A DNA stretch of 63,479 nucleotides, filler included, from Octopus bimaculoides (taxonomy: Eukaryota), in NCBI RefSeq assembly GCF_001194135.2. It is 8 parts of 6 records of this genome, joined end to end, with 100 filler letters (N's around TTAATTAATTAA, not from the genome) between each part and the next. Parts side by side here need not be neighbours in the genome. Positions count along the whole stretch, not along the records: positions 12,867 to 21,408 come from NC_068991.1; positions 21,509 to 34,619 come from NC_069007.1; 6 more parts are not named here. One strand, 5' to 3'. Below the pieces are notes generated by a model. The model worked only from the letters and a program-made list of their open reading frames with translations. It was not told where the DNA came from and searched no databases. Below, piece by piece: positions 13,100 to 25,025 of the stretch (position 1 is its first letter; each line of letters starts with the position of its first letter). The translations under genes and the position numbers were made by a program.

Positions 13100-13965
13100 A
13101 GCACAATGTAAATCAATGTAAATGTTAGGAGTGACTAAACAATGCCATGGATTTGTGTCTCCAAAAACTTACCATTTGCTTTCACTCCACAGAACTCACC
13201 AGCAAAACATTAGAAAACAATCAACTGTGAGCAAATACAGTTCTATAACTTGGCACAAATAAATATCTCCTTTATAATGGTTCAATACTTAGAACGTGGT
13301 AAAAGCTGAGTGTGTAATCACCAAGTTTTGCTTATATAACTAATAACTGACCTTTCAGAAATCATTCACATCAATGAACATCTTCGTTTATAGAATGGAC
13401 CTTATTCTTCAACACAGTTTTTGCTGCCATTTCTTCAAATGCCAGATAATGTAGTCTCTAAATAAGGCTTGGAGTGTTTTATTATTTTTATTACCATTAT
13501 TGTTTGTTAAGCTACTTTTCTAAAAGACAAAGCTCTTGCCTATTTATCAACAATTACTTCAAAGACAACATTTTCAGATATTAAAAGAGAAAAACAAAGG
13601 AAAAAGAAATGAATGAAAATACGTACATTGAATGTATGAACAACAACAACAACAAACAATACCTACAAAATGTCACTTGCCATAACTTTGGTTTCATTTT
13701 CGTTTGGTGTTTTGTGGGGTTTTTTTTCCTTACTCTGTTTCACTTTTATTTTTATATATATTCTTTTCTTCACATTATAAGTTCTTTGTTGAAGCTTTCT
13801 AATTTGAAAGTTTATGTTTCAACAATGAAAAGGTCAGTTTTCTTCATGGAAACGAACAGGAGAACAAGTGATATAATGTTGTGACAGAGAGGTAGAAAGA
13901 GAAACAGATAGAAAGAGAGAGAGAAAGAGAGAGAGGGAGAGAGCAAGAGAGAGTGAGAGCTTTTC
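13100..13965 (-). other. Candidate 3' UTR of the minus-strand gene
   Basis: About 0.9 kb of AT-rich, TE-free sequence after the stop at 13966; AATAAA on minus at 13487-13492. Confidence 0.35.
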
Positions 13966-14095
13966 TCAATAGTCCACATCAAAATCACTGTTTTCATTGT
14001 CACTGTCGTCAAATACAGGAGATTCACTTTCTCTGACCGTTTTGCTGGCTTTGATCACAGCATCAACAGAATTGCTGTTAGGCAAGAATCCATGT
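13966..14095 (-). CDS. Candidate terminal coding exon (HGFLPNSNSVDAVIKASKTVRESESPVFDDSDNENSDFDVDY*)
   Basis: Strong acceptor tatttacttttttctttgactgcag, protein-like acidic tail, TGA stop followed by UTR-like sequence. Confidence 0.5.
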
Positions 14096-14576
14096 CTGCA
14101 GTCAAAGAAAAAAGTAAATAAATAAATAAGAATTATAATAAATATTGAAATATGTTGATTAATAAACAAACAATCAAAATTATATCACACAGTTTTTTTT
14201 TTTCCGAGTCTTTTTTTCTCCTATGAATTTAATTTTCTTAATGAAATAAGAGTTTTTACCAATCTGTGAATAAGTATGATCAAATGGTGTCCAAGACAAA
14301 GTTATGTAGCTACAGAGATTCTTAAGGCAGACATCATCAAGAATTTGGCCAAATGTCAAAAGCACTGATTTCACAAAAGTTCTTAAATGAAAACAAACCA
14401 CTCGATTTGTGACTTTAGAAGCAGATTTTCAGTAGATCTGGTTCCTCTATGGGAACCTGTGCCAAATGATCACAGAATAGAAGCAAGGGACGAAGGTTTT
14501 TGAGCAAAAACGGTAAACATCCACAATCTAAAGGAAAGAAGACATGGTCTGCATCCACAATAATCATTTTAGTAGT

Positions 14577-14640
14577 TTATAGCCAGAGTTGCAGACTTTT
14601 GGCTTCCTCACTCTCAGATTCTTCACTCTTCATGCCAGTT
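14577..14640 (-). CDS. Candidate alternative terminal exon (TGMKSEESESEEAKSLQLWL*)
   Basis: Acceptor ttttccattctttgtag, same entry phase as 13966-14095; a competing upstream acceptor near 14685 gives HRLETSKTFPFFVELA*. Confidence 0.3.
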
Positions 14641-14711
14641 CTACAAAGAATGGAAAAGTCTTTGATGTTTCAAGCCTATGCTCTTTGACAAAAAGGGAAA
14701 AGAAGGAAAAC

Positions 14712-14750
<39 letters not shown>

Positions 14751-14781
14751 GGGGATTAAAGGTTTAACGTGATGAAATGTC

Positions 14782-15170
14782 ATCATCATCATCATCATCA
14801 TCGTTTAATGTCTGCTTTCCATGACTGAGGACTGGCGAACCAAATGGCTGCACCAGGCTCCAATCTGATTTGGCACAGTTTCTACAGCTGGATGCCATTC
14901 CTTGATGCCAACTACTTCGAGAGTGGAGTGGGTGCTCTTATGTGCTACCGGCACAAGGGCCAGTCAGGTAGTACTGGCAGAGGCCATGCTCAAAATGGTG
15001 TTTTTTATGTGCCACCTGCACAGGAGCCAGTCCAGCAGCACTGGCAACGGCCTCGCTCAAGTGTTTTTTCACGTGCCACCAGCACAAGTGCCAGTAAGGC
15101 AACGCTGGTAATGATCATGCTCAAATGGTGCTATTTATTGCCTGTAGAACACGGGAGTATAAATTTTGAT
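14782..15170 (-). mobile_element. Repeat family D (RTE-type 3' tail, (GAT)n end)
   Basis: ggcatccagctgtagaaac...catggaaagc...gatgatgat on minus; many copies in the window. Confidence 0.8.
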
Positions 15171-15235
15171 TATCATGTGCTTGCTGTTACACATTATTGG
15201 CACATCCAAATTCTGCAGCAGCATGATGGGCACCC

Positions 15236-15910
15236 TTCCATTCCAGGAAGTAATTCAACACCCTCTTCCTCTTCTTTCCAACTTTCCACGAAGTAATTGC
15301 TCCCCCTCCCCAAAACTATCCAGGAAGTAGCTCATCTTCGGAAATTTGCAGGAACTCCTTGGAAATTCCCAGTAAGTACCATCCTCGGAACTTTCCAGGA
15401 AGTAGCTAATCCTCGAAATTTTCCAGGAAGTCCCATCCTCGGAATTTTCCAGGAAGTAGCACATTCTCTGAAATTTCCCGAAAAACCTCGGAACTTTCCA
15501 GGAAGTCCCACTCGGGGAACTTTCCATGAAGTAGTTCATTCTTGGAACTTTTCATGAAGTAGTTCATCCTCGGAACCATGCGGTAGCTAATCCTCGGAAT
15601 TCAGGAAGTACCATCCTTGGAACTTTCGATGAAAACCTGGGAGCTTTTCAGGAAGTACCACCCCCATCATGAGAACTTTCCAGGAAGTAGCTCATCATTG
15701 GAACTTTCAACGTAGTTCCTCCTCGGAACCATGAGGTAGCTAATCCTTGGAACTTTCCGGGAAGTAATTCTTCCTCTCCACGGAACTTTCCAGGAAGCAA
15801 TTCCTCCCCTTCTCCCTTTCCAGGAGTAACTCTTCTACTCCCCATCCTCGGAACTTTCCAGGAAGTAATTCCTCTCCCTCCTCCCCTTCCTTGGAATTTC
15901 CCAGATAGTA
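15236..15910. repeat. Degenerate minisatellite, unit about 26-30 bp, core GGAACTTTCCAGGAAGT
   Basis: About 20 or more units by eye; 8 exact TTCCAGGAA and 6 exact GGAACTTTCC. Confidence 0.9.
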
Positions 15911-15994
15911 ATTCAAAATCCCCCTTCAGAACATTATATAACGATTATAGATAAGGAAAAGCAAAGTTGCTTACCACTCGACATATCCTGCCTG

Positions 15995-16330
15995 TTTGAT
16001 TTCAGGATTGTAGAGAAAGAAGAGAGACAAAAATATACAATCCCCTAAAATTTGAAATTGGAAGAATTTGGAGCATGAGAACAGTAAAGGCCGTGCCTAT
16101 AATAATTGGTGCATTGGGAACTGTAAGACAAGATATAGACAAAATGGCTGAAGGAGATTGGAATAGAATGGCCAGTAGAGCTCCTACAGAAAGTTTGTTT
16201 CTTAGCGATAGCAAGGATTATCGGGAGGAAACTTGTGGATACCTAAGGGTACAGGTAGTAGCCCACTACCCACACAAACCCTACCAGGAATAAGACTGAA
16301 CTAAATTAATAATAATAATAATAATAATAG
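15995..16330 (+). mobile_element. RLE-type non-LTR retrotransposon 3' end (R4/Dong-like)
   Basis: Frameshifted translation LKFEIGRIWSMRTVKAVPIIIGALGTV...WLKEIGIEWPVELLQKVCFLAIARII followed by a (TAA)n tail. Confidence 0.8.
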
Positions 16331-16540
16331 CAGCCCTGATGCAGCACCAGGCAGTGGCTCTCATGGCTTCTGGTCTTAACTGATTGCAAGTGTTATCATG
16401 TACATTGTTTTGTCTTGGTATAAAAGATGGCCTACAGCAAATATTCTGCTCAATCAGATGGGTAATTATGAGGGGTATATTGGGTTTTATATATTTGTAC
16501 CCCAGTGTCACTTTGATGGCATGCGCTGCTCTCTCACTCA

Positions 16541-16581
<41 letters not shown>

Positions 16582-16589
16582 CACTAATA

Positions 16590-16730
16590 ATGGTATCAAA
16601 TTTTGGCAGAGGACCTGCAGTTTTTGAGAGGAAAGGGAAGACGATTATATTGACCCCAGTATATGACTGCTACTCATTTAATCAACACCAATAGGATGAA
16701 AGCAAAATTTAAACTCAGAACGTAAAAACA
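16590..16730 (-). mobile_element. SINE family B fragment
   Basis: aaactcagaacgtaa core. Confidence 0.55.
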
Positions 16731-16754
16731 GACAAAATGATGTCTTAATAATAA

Positions 16755-16915
16755 CATCATCATCATCGTCGTCGTTTAACGTTCGCTTTCCATGCTGGCA
16801 TGGGTTGGACGATTTGACTGAGGACTAGTGGACCAGGAGGCGACACCAGGTTCCAATCTGATTTGGTAGTTTCTACAGCTGGATGCCCTTCTTAATGCCA
16901 ACCACTCCGAGAGTG
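16755..16915 (-). mobile_element. Family D 3' fragment
   Basis: catcatcgtttaacgttcgctttccatgctggcatggg. Confidence 0.8.
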
Positions 16916-16984
16916 TTAATAATAATAATAATGATTTCTTTAATTAACTAATAACAATAACGATCATGATAATGATAAATCTTT

Positions 16985-17180
16985 CTAACTTTGGCACAAG
17001 GCCAGCAATTCTAAGTGGAGGGGTGAGTGAATATAGTCAACCTTTGATATATCATTTTTTTACTCTAAAAAGATGAAAAGCTAAGTTGATTTCAGTGGGA
17101 TTTGAACTCAGCACACAGAGAATGAGAAGACATACTGCTAAGTATTTTGTCCAACACGGTAACAATACTGCCAGCTTACC
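16985..17180 (-). mobile_element. SINE family B copy
   Basis: ggatttgaactcag core. Confidence 0.6.
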
Positions 17181-17429
17181 AAGGCTGTCTTTAATAATTG
17201 CTTCTATAAACCCAAATTAATGATTTTCTTCCCAACAAAAAAAAAACGAGATATTTGATGAAGGGGAACAAAGGGAAGTAACTCATCCATCAACCATAAC
17301 AGATATGGCTGCAAGAAGGAAAATGTGCAAATATAATTAACATTTTGATTGGATGTAATTAACAAGCTCTCTGCCCCCACTGGCAAATTAGTGGAATTAA
17401 GAGTCAAAGATCTTGAACCACACACCTTC

Positions 17430-18745
17430 TCCATATCATCATCATCATCACCACCACCATAATCACTACTGCAATAGACATTATCATAATTATTACAACC
17501 ACAATTAGTCACATCATCACCATCACCAACATCATCATCATCAATACAACCATCACCAAGCTACCTTCATTATCACCATCAATGACAAAGCCATTAATAT
17601 TTCTATCACATCAACATCAACAACCACTACGGTTTGAACACCACCACCACCATCGTCAATACCATTAACTCCACCATCGTCAATACCATTAACTCCACCA
17701 CCTCTACAACCATCCTCAATACTACCACCTCTACAACCATCGTCACCACCTCTACTACCTCTGTTACCATTATGATCACTACTGCCACAGCATCATCATC
17801 ATCATCCCACCATAATTATTGTCATCAACAAGGAATTCATATGTGGTCATTTACGCCACTAGAAACATCAGCCAAATCTTTATCCTGTCACATCCCGGCA
17901 TCCTATATGTACTCCTAGATATATTATGCCAAGAAATGTCAGATTAAGTGGCCATAGATGGAATGTCTTTGATCATGGGTCTACTTAACCTGTGGTTAAA
18001 CAACAACAACAACAGCAACATCACCAATACTACCACTACTACTACTACAACATCATTATCTGCACCACAACCACCACCATTAGCTTTCATATCTGAAAGG
18101 CAGATTTTAATGATTGGCCATTAAATGATCTTAACGAGATATTAAGTAATTGTTCCACCAATCAGAACAATCAGTGTCTGTCGTTCTATCGATAACATGG
18201 AAACGTCTGTTTATGCCAGAGGAATGCGTTGTGTTATTATTGTTCCTGTGAACCTTGCAGACACTTATTATTGTGACCATCAACAGCATTGCTAACACCC
18301 ACCCCCACTCCACCCCACCAACCGTCATCGTCATCATCATCATCATTAAGACAGCTATCACCAGTGGAACCAATGTCATCTTTAAAATTACCATCATTAT
18401 TGAAAGAATCCAAACGTGATTAAAACTATTGTCAGCATCAAAACACCATCATCATTAAAACCACAATTATTATCAATAAATTGAGCATCATCATCATCAT
18501 CATCATCTTCAAAACCAGTCAACATTAAAACTATCATCATCACCATCATCCCTAAAATCGCCATCTTCATTAAAAGCACCGTCATTACCAAAAGCACCAG
18601 ATACATTGAAGCCATTGTCATGGTTGAAACAACCATCATTCTTGAAACCAGCATCATCATCGTCATTTCGTCAACACCACCATAATTATGGAAACCAGTC
18701 ACCAACAGAAAAGCCACGAAGGAGGGGAGGGGGAGGGGGAGAATC
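17430..18745. repeat. Degenerate (CAT/CAC/AAC)n low-complexity zone
   Basis: About 1.3 kb of cryptic triplet repeats. Confidence 0.85.
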
Positions 18746-18751
18746 AAGAGG

Positions 18752-18935
18752 TGGAGAGAAATGCTTGGAAGCATTCAGTGCACGATTATGTTCTGAGTTC
18801 AAATTCCACTGAGGTGGATGTTGCCTTTCATTCTTGCAGGATTGATAAAACAAGAACCAGTGAAGGAGTCAATGGAATTAATTGCCCATCCCCTCAAAAT
18901 CTGCTGACTCTGTACCAAAATTCGAAACTCTCATA
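18752..18935 (+). mobile_element. SINE family B copy
   Basis: gttctgagttcaaattccactgaggt core. Confidence 0.7.
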
Positions 18936-19446
18936 AGAACTACTTTCTTTCAATCAATGCTAACCACTTTTAACATCACCACAACATCCACAACTATCAG
19001 CAACAGCAACACCAAATGGCAATGAAAGATCCTCTAATATGGTTCCTCAACTTGCCTGAAATAACAGCCAAATCTCCCTCAAATCATACCTTACTGTCTT
19101 AAAAAAGGACAGAGAGAGAGATTGAATAATGAAACCTTATATATACTAAATATTGTACAAAAAAATAGATGGGAGAGCCATGGCAGGAATGCCTTTGACC
19201 ATAAGTCTGTCACAACAACAGCATTGACATCATCTTCACTGTTCATTCTGGTCATATGATTTATAACTGCAATAAATATGGTGGATAGACCGATTCAACT
19301 TTTATTTCCTGAATTCTCTAACAAATTAAATCAACCAAAATAATTATTGATATAAAATCATTGAGTAATTATAGATTTATTGTAAAAGATTTTTGTTTTA
19401 AATCAAACGCATTATAAATGTGTAACATATATATAAAACAACAGGC

Positions 19447-19600
19447 ACAGGCATGGCAATGTGGTAAGAAGTTCTGGGTTCAGTCCTACTGCATGGCACC
19501 CTGGGCAAGTAGTTTCTTCTATAGCCACAGGCCAACTAAAGCCTTGTGTTTGGATCTGACTAAGAGAAACTAAAGAAAGCCCATCGTGTGTGTGTGTATG
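19447..19600 (+). mobile_element. SINE family C 5' part
   Basis: ggttcagtcctactgcatggcaccctgggcaagt head. Confidence 0.65.
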
Positions 19601-19639
19601 TGTTCCTGTCTCCTTGCCTTGACATCACAGTGTAAGCTT

Positions 19640-20170
19640 TGGACACACAAAAGGTGTTGTAACATCAAAGGAAGATTAACAGAGAAACTAACTGTTTTAT
19701 GTGGAAGGTGCACAGGTATAATAAATGCTGAACATGCATGGAAAATAGACTCCATCAACTGCCAGGAGGGCAAGCTAGAATTAGTAGATAGCATCCAGTA
19801 TCTAGGTGACTAGGTTAGTAGTGGAGATGGTTGTTCCAACAGTGTAGCTGTGAGAATAAAATTAGGCTGGGCAAAGTTCAGAGAGCTTCTAGCTCTGCTT
19901 GCTACAAAGGGCCTCTCTCTCAGAGTTAAAGGCAGATTGCTATGCTGCATGGCAGTGAAACATGGGCTATAACAGCTGCGGACATGCATAAGCTTGAAAG
20001 AAATGAAGCCAGTATGCTTCACTGGATCTGCAATGCCAGTGTTCATGTTTGACAGAGTGTAGATGAGGATAGTTGTGTAAAGAAGCACCAGTCTCTAACT
20101 GAGGAGGGAACCCATGGCAGAGGTAGACCCAGGAAGACATAAGAAAGGTGGTGAAGCGGACCAGTCAAGC
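19640..20170 (+). mobile_element. RTE-clade LINE, C-terminal RT fragment
   Basis: KLELVDSIQYLGD*VSSGDGCSNSVAVRIKLGWAKFRELLALLATKGLSLRVKGRL matches the RTE RT C-terminus pattern (YLG motif, KGRLY). Confidence 0.85.
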
Positions 20171-20171
20171 A

Positions 20172-20362
20172 AAGTGTGGGCCTGATGGAGGCAAAGTAGC
20201 TGAGTTCCTTTTGAGCATAGGGCCTCAATGAGGCAAAATAGCTGAGTTTCTTCCAAGTGGGTAATATGGAGGTGAAGTGGCTGGGTTTCCTTTCAAGCGT
20301 TGAGCATCATGGGGGCAAAGTGACTGAGCTCTTTTCGAGTGTTGGGCCTCATGGAGACAATG
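20172..20362 (+). repeat. About 41-bp degenerate tandem repeat x~4-5 in the RTE 3' region
   Basis: Unit approximately gggcctcatggaggcaaagtgactgagttccttttgagtgtt. Confidence 0.7.
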
Positions 20363-20424
20363 ACAAACACCTTTGGTATTATGTCATACTTGAGAAGAAG
20401 ACCAACCAAGCCAAACAAAATCAC

Positions 20425-20675
20425 AGTCGTGGCAGATACCGGTGTCATGCAAATGGCACCCATGCCAGTGGCACCCATGCCAGTGGCACGTAAAAGCACC
20501 GATTACACTCTCGGAGTGGTTGATTGTTTGGAAGGGCATCCAGCTACAGAATTACATGCCAAATCAGACTGGATCCTGGTGCAACCTTCCAGCATGCCAG
20601 TCCAGTTAAACCATCTGACCCTTGCCAGCATGGACAACGGACATCAAATGATGATGATGATGATGATGATGATAT
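20425..20675 (+). mobile_element. Family D / RTE 3' tail
   Basis: Ends in (GAT)n; follows the RTE fragment. Confidence 0.8.
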
Positions 20676-21184
20676 GATCATCATTTGATGTTCGCTCTCC
20701 ATGCTGGCATGGGTTGAAGACACACACACACATATATATACATACATACATATATCTATACACACATATATATATACATACATACATATATCTATACACA
20801 CATATATATACATACATACATATATCTATACACACATATATATACATACTTATATATTAAGAAATATTAAGCAGTTAGGATTTGGTTAAAGATTATTTAT
20901 TCAGTGCCTTCATCTCTTGTAGGGATTCATCATGAATGTCTTCTTAAAATATTCATACTTTTAATGTACATGTGAGCTAGCTGAAGAATAAAATCTGGAG
21001 CAGAAAAATAAAATTTGGAGCCAGTCCAGCGGCACTGGCAATGACTTCGCTCGAATATTTTTTTACGTGACACTGGCACAAGTGCCAGTAAGGCGACGCT
21101 GGTAACGATCATGCTCGAATATACATATACATGTATATACACATACATATTTATATACATATATACACACACACATATCTATAC

Positions 21185-21241
<57 letters not shown>

Positions 21242-21875
21242 AAAAAAATAACGTTGACCATTAACGTGGACAATTAATGTGCTAGAAATAGATCACATCT
21301 TGTGTCTATTAAGACCTAAATTGTTCTCAACATGAAATATAGCAGCATACCAAAACGTGCTGCTATATTTCATGTTGAGAACAATTTAGGTCTTAATAGA
21401 CACAAGATNNNNNNNNNNNNNNNNNNNNNNNNNNNNNNNNNNNNNNNNNNNNTTAATTAATTAANNNNNNNNNNNNNNNNNNNNNNNNNNNNNNNNNNNN
21501 NNNNNNNNGGGGGGGGGGGGGGTTCAGCTCAGCACCTTACCCCACTGTGACCCCCAGCACTATTTTTCTTACATCCTCCACCCCTGTTTTACACTGTAAT
21601 TTAATTCTAGAGATTGTGTCAATGTATAAAGATGAAAATAATAATAATAATAACAAAGTCAGCAGAGCAGTAACTTCAGTTACCAGGCTATCAGTCCTAG
21701 CTTATCTTCATTACCATGCACAGTAGCAATATAACGTTTGAGTGAAGTCACAAATATTATTTCACTAATTTATATACAGGGGTTAAATGGATGGATGGAT
21801 GGATAGATATACACACACATACATACATACATTGATATTCATACATACATACCATCATTCACGTATTGCATATAC

Positions 21876-21932
<57 letters not shown>

Positions 21933-21994
21933 CATCCACAGACATACATAAGCATGCATATACATACATACACACATTTATTCATACATGACGC

Positions 21995-22428
21995 GGCGTG
22001 CTGGCAGAAACGTTAGCACGCCGGGCAAAATGCTCAGCGGTATTTCGTCTGCTGCTACGTTCTGAGTTCAAATTCCGCCATGGTCAACTTTGTCTTTTAT
22101 CCTTTCGGGGTCGATTGAATAAGTACCAGTTACGCACTGGGGTCAATGTAATCGACTTAATCCCTTTGTCTGTCCTTGTCTGTCCCCTCTATGTTTAGTC
22201 CCTTGCGGGTAATAAAGAAATAAGAGACGTTAGCACACCCGGCAAAATGCTTAGCAGTATTTCGTCTGCCGCTACGTTCTGAGTTCAAATTCCGCCAAGG
22301 TCAACTTTGTCTTTCATCCTTTCAGGGTCGATTAGATAAGTACCAGTTACGCACTGGTGTCGATGTAATCGACTTAATCCGTTTGTCTGTCCTTGTTTGT
22401 CCCCTCTGTGTGAAGCCCCTTGTGGATA
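21995..22428 (+). mobile_element. Tandem pair of SINE family B copies (21995-22225, 22226-22428)
   Basis: Two head-to-tail, highly similar copies. Confidence 0.9.
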
Positions 22429-22519
22429 AAACATTCATTTATACATACATTCACACATAGACATACAGAGCACATTCATGCATACACATACAAATAAAAA
22501 GAATGTGAAAGAGAAAAGC

Positions 22520-22552
22520 GAGGGAAATCGAGAGAGAGAGAGAGAGAGGGAC

Positions 22553-22587
<35 letters not shown>

Positions 22588-22845
22588 GACAGAGAGAGAC
22601 AGAGACAGAGACAGACAGACAGAGAGGGAGAGACNNNNNNNNNNCAGAGAGGGAGAGACAGAGAGAGACAGACAGACAGACAGACAGAGACAGAGAGAGA
22701 GACAGACAGACAGAGAGAGACAGAGAGACTGAGAGAGAGAGAGACAGAGACACAGACAGACAGACAGCGCGAGAGAGACAGAGACAGACAGACAGACAGA
22801 CAGAGAGAAGCAAGAGTGAAATATCTCCAGCAAGAGAGAGACAGA
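22520..22845. repeat. (GA)n/(GACA)n compound microsatellite
   Basis: Visible. Confidence 0.95.
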
Positions 22846-23139
22846 AAAAAAAAAAAGGCAATAGCAGAGGTGGTGGGGAATATCACATGGTATTTGCCAG
22901 ACAAAAATAAATATATCAACAGTTGTTACACTTCTATATAGTCAATATGACCCTTTTGGGTGCTGATATCAAGCGCAACATGCAATAATTAACAAAACAT
23001 TTATCACACACACACAATTACCACAGCCTTGATTAGCTGACTGAGAAATTACTGCAATGATGTTAGAACATATTCTTTCTACAATTTAAATCTAATTCAC
23101 CACCATCTCTCTCCTGCTCTCTCTTGCTGTCTCCCACTC

Positions 23140-23184
<45 letters not shown>

Positions 23185-23346
23185 TTCTCTTACTCATCCC
23201 CCAGGATGGTTAACCAGGTATCTCCTTTACAGCAGCACACCTGTTTCCGTCCTCATCCTTGATAACACTCTCTCTCTCTCTCTCTCTCTCTTTGGTCGAG
23301 TAACCATGTAACTCCTCTACAACAACACACCTGTTTCTGTCCCTCT

Positions 23347-23578
23347 TATTTTCTTATTGCCCACAAGGGGCTAAACATAGAGGGGACAAACAAGGACAGA
23401 CACAGAGATTAAGTCGATTACATCGACCCCAGTACATAACTGGTACTTAATTTATCGACCCCGAAAGGATGAAAGGCAAAGTCAGCCACGGCGGGATTTG
23501 AACTCAGAACGTAACGGTAGACGAAATACCGCTAAGCATTACACCTGGTGCGCTAACGTTTCTGCCAGCTCGACGCCC
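23347..23578 (-). mobile_element. SINE family B, full copy
   Basis: Reverse complement of 21995-22225. Confidence 0.9.
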
Positions 23579-23783
23579 TGTGTCACACTCCAACCTTTCA
23601 TCATCTGACACAAGATCACCTCCTCCAATTCACCCTCCCCTCTCAAAGGATCTTTGCCTTCTAAGTCATTTGGTGCCACATAAAAAAGCATCAAGTCCAC
23701 ACGGTAGAGTGGTTGGTGTTTGGAAGGGCATCCAACTGTAAAAACCATGCCAAAACTGACCTCGTCTGTACTCGTGCCACGTA

Positions 23784-24013
23784 TTGGGTTATCCGGAAAG
23801 TTCGTGCCGATTTATAGTAGCTTACCTTTCGACTTATTTGCCATGAAACCACCTCAATTCTTGGGAAGAGGGTATTTTCAAGTTAAAGGGAAGATGGAGA
23901 CACATATGTGCAACAAAATGGTTCATATTTGGTTGATTAAAAATGTAATGGCAAGTATTTATTGACCTTTTTCTTTCCTTTGAAAATCGGCATGAACTTT
24001 CCAGACAACCCAA
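23784..24013. mobile_element. Mariner-type MITE
   Basis: About 30-bp TIRs ttgggttatccggaaagttcgtgccgattt / aaatcggcatgaactttccagacaacccaa flanked by TA. Confidence 0.85.
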
Positions 24014-24813
24014 TAAAATGGACTCAGTCCACTATGTTGTGTGGTTGGTGTTAAGGAAAGGCATCCAGCCATTTGATACACAGAAACTAGAAGCCCATCA
24101 TACATGTATGTATATAATCTGTATGTCTTTTCATCTGCCCCCACCAGCTCTTAAGAACCAGTGTTGGTTTGTTTACATCCACATAGCTGTTTGGCTCTGA
24201 TAGAATAGGTACTAGGCTTTAAAACAAATATCAGGGTTGATTTATCCAACTAAAACTTTTTGAGGCTGTACTCCATCATGGCCACAGTCCAATGACTAAA
24301 ACGAATGAAAAATAACACCTTGTGATGCAAGGAACAAAATTATTTGAAATCTATAATAAATCTATTATTGACTCTTTGGACAGCCACATAGACCCACCAA
24401 AGTGTCAATATTAACCACATTGCTGACCCCTGCTCTAAAACATTAACTACATAAGAACTACACGTGGGTAAGACAACCATATTTTAGGTCTCGTTATTTA
24501 TTTTCAATATATTTGTACCTATAAAATATTCAAACTTCAACAACATTATAGATCAACATTTTAGACGTTAATCATCATCATCATTTAACATACACTTTTC
24601 TATGCTTGCATGGCTCAGATGGAATTTGCTGAGGTAGATTTTCTATGGCTGGATACCCTTCCAATTACCAACACTCACCTGCTTTCAAGCAAAGTAGACT
24701 AGACATGTTTTCATCTAAGTTTGGAAACAAACAACTTGCTTGTATGACTATATTGCACATTTACAATCAAGACAGTTAGTCAACACAAGAGCACACACAC
24801 ACACACACACATA

Positions 24814-25025
24814 GTGGGAAGCTGAAAAGTTCCTGGTTTTGGGTAAATGTAAATACAGGAGGATCAGTTAATTATTTTATTCAACATATTCCCCTCTCAG
24901 ATCCACACACTTATTGCAGTGGTCCTTCAGTTTTTTCAAGCCCTGTAAAAGAACTCAGAAGGTTGGGCCTCCAATTAGGCCTTTTGTGATACCCTTAAAG
25001 TCATGAAATTTTCAGCACCCCCTCA
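24814..25025. mobile_element. Mariner-type MITE (degenerate)
   Basis: Imperfect TIRs gtgggaagctgaaaagttcc / aaattttcagcacccctca, TA flanks. Confidence 0.6.

Noticed and set aside
15236-15910. CRISPR array or repetitive protein exon interpretation of the minisatellite; CRISPR interpretation of the 21-bp repeat at 6218
   Set aside because: Eukaryotic context, no unique spacers of regular length, variable unit length that breaks frames, and no cas genes.
17430-18940. Thr/His/Met/Asp-rich ORFs
   Set aside because: Cryptic (CAT/CAC)n low complexity, open in several frames on both strands, with no convincing splice context.
20960-21025. GSKFYFSAPDF as kinase subdomain VIII
   Set aside because: Partly derived from an adjacent repeat and a polypyrimidine tract; probably coincidental.
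21297-21408. Perfect 51-bp-arm hairpin (possible miRNA or MITE)
   Set aside because: Zero mismatches and it ends exactly at a gap; most likely a fold-back read or contig-end artefact. Long reads would settle it.
21509-21522. G14 run as a G-quadruplex element
   Set aside because: It abuts a gap; homopolymer G at contig ends is a common sequencing artefact.
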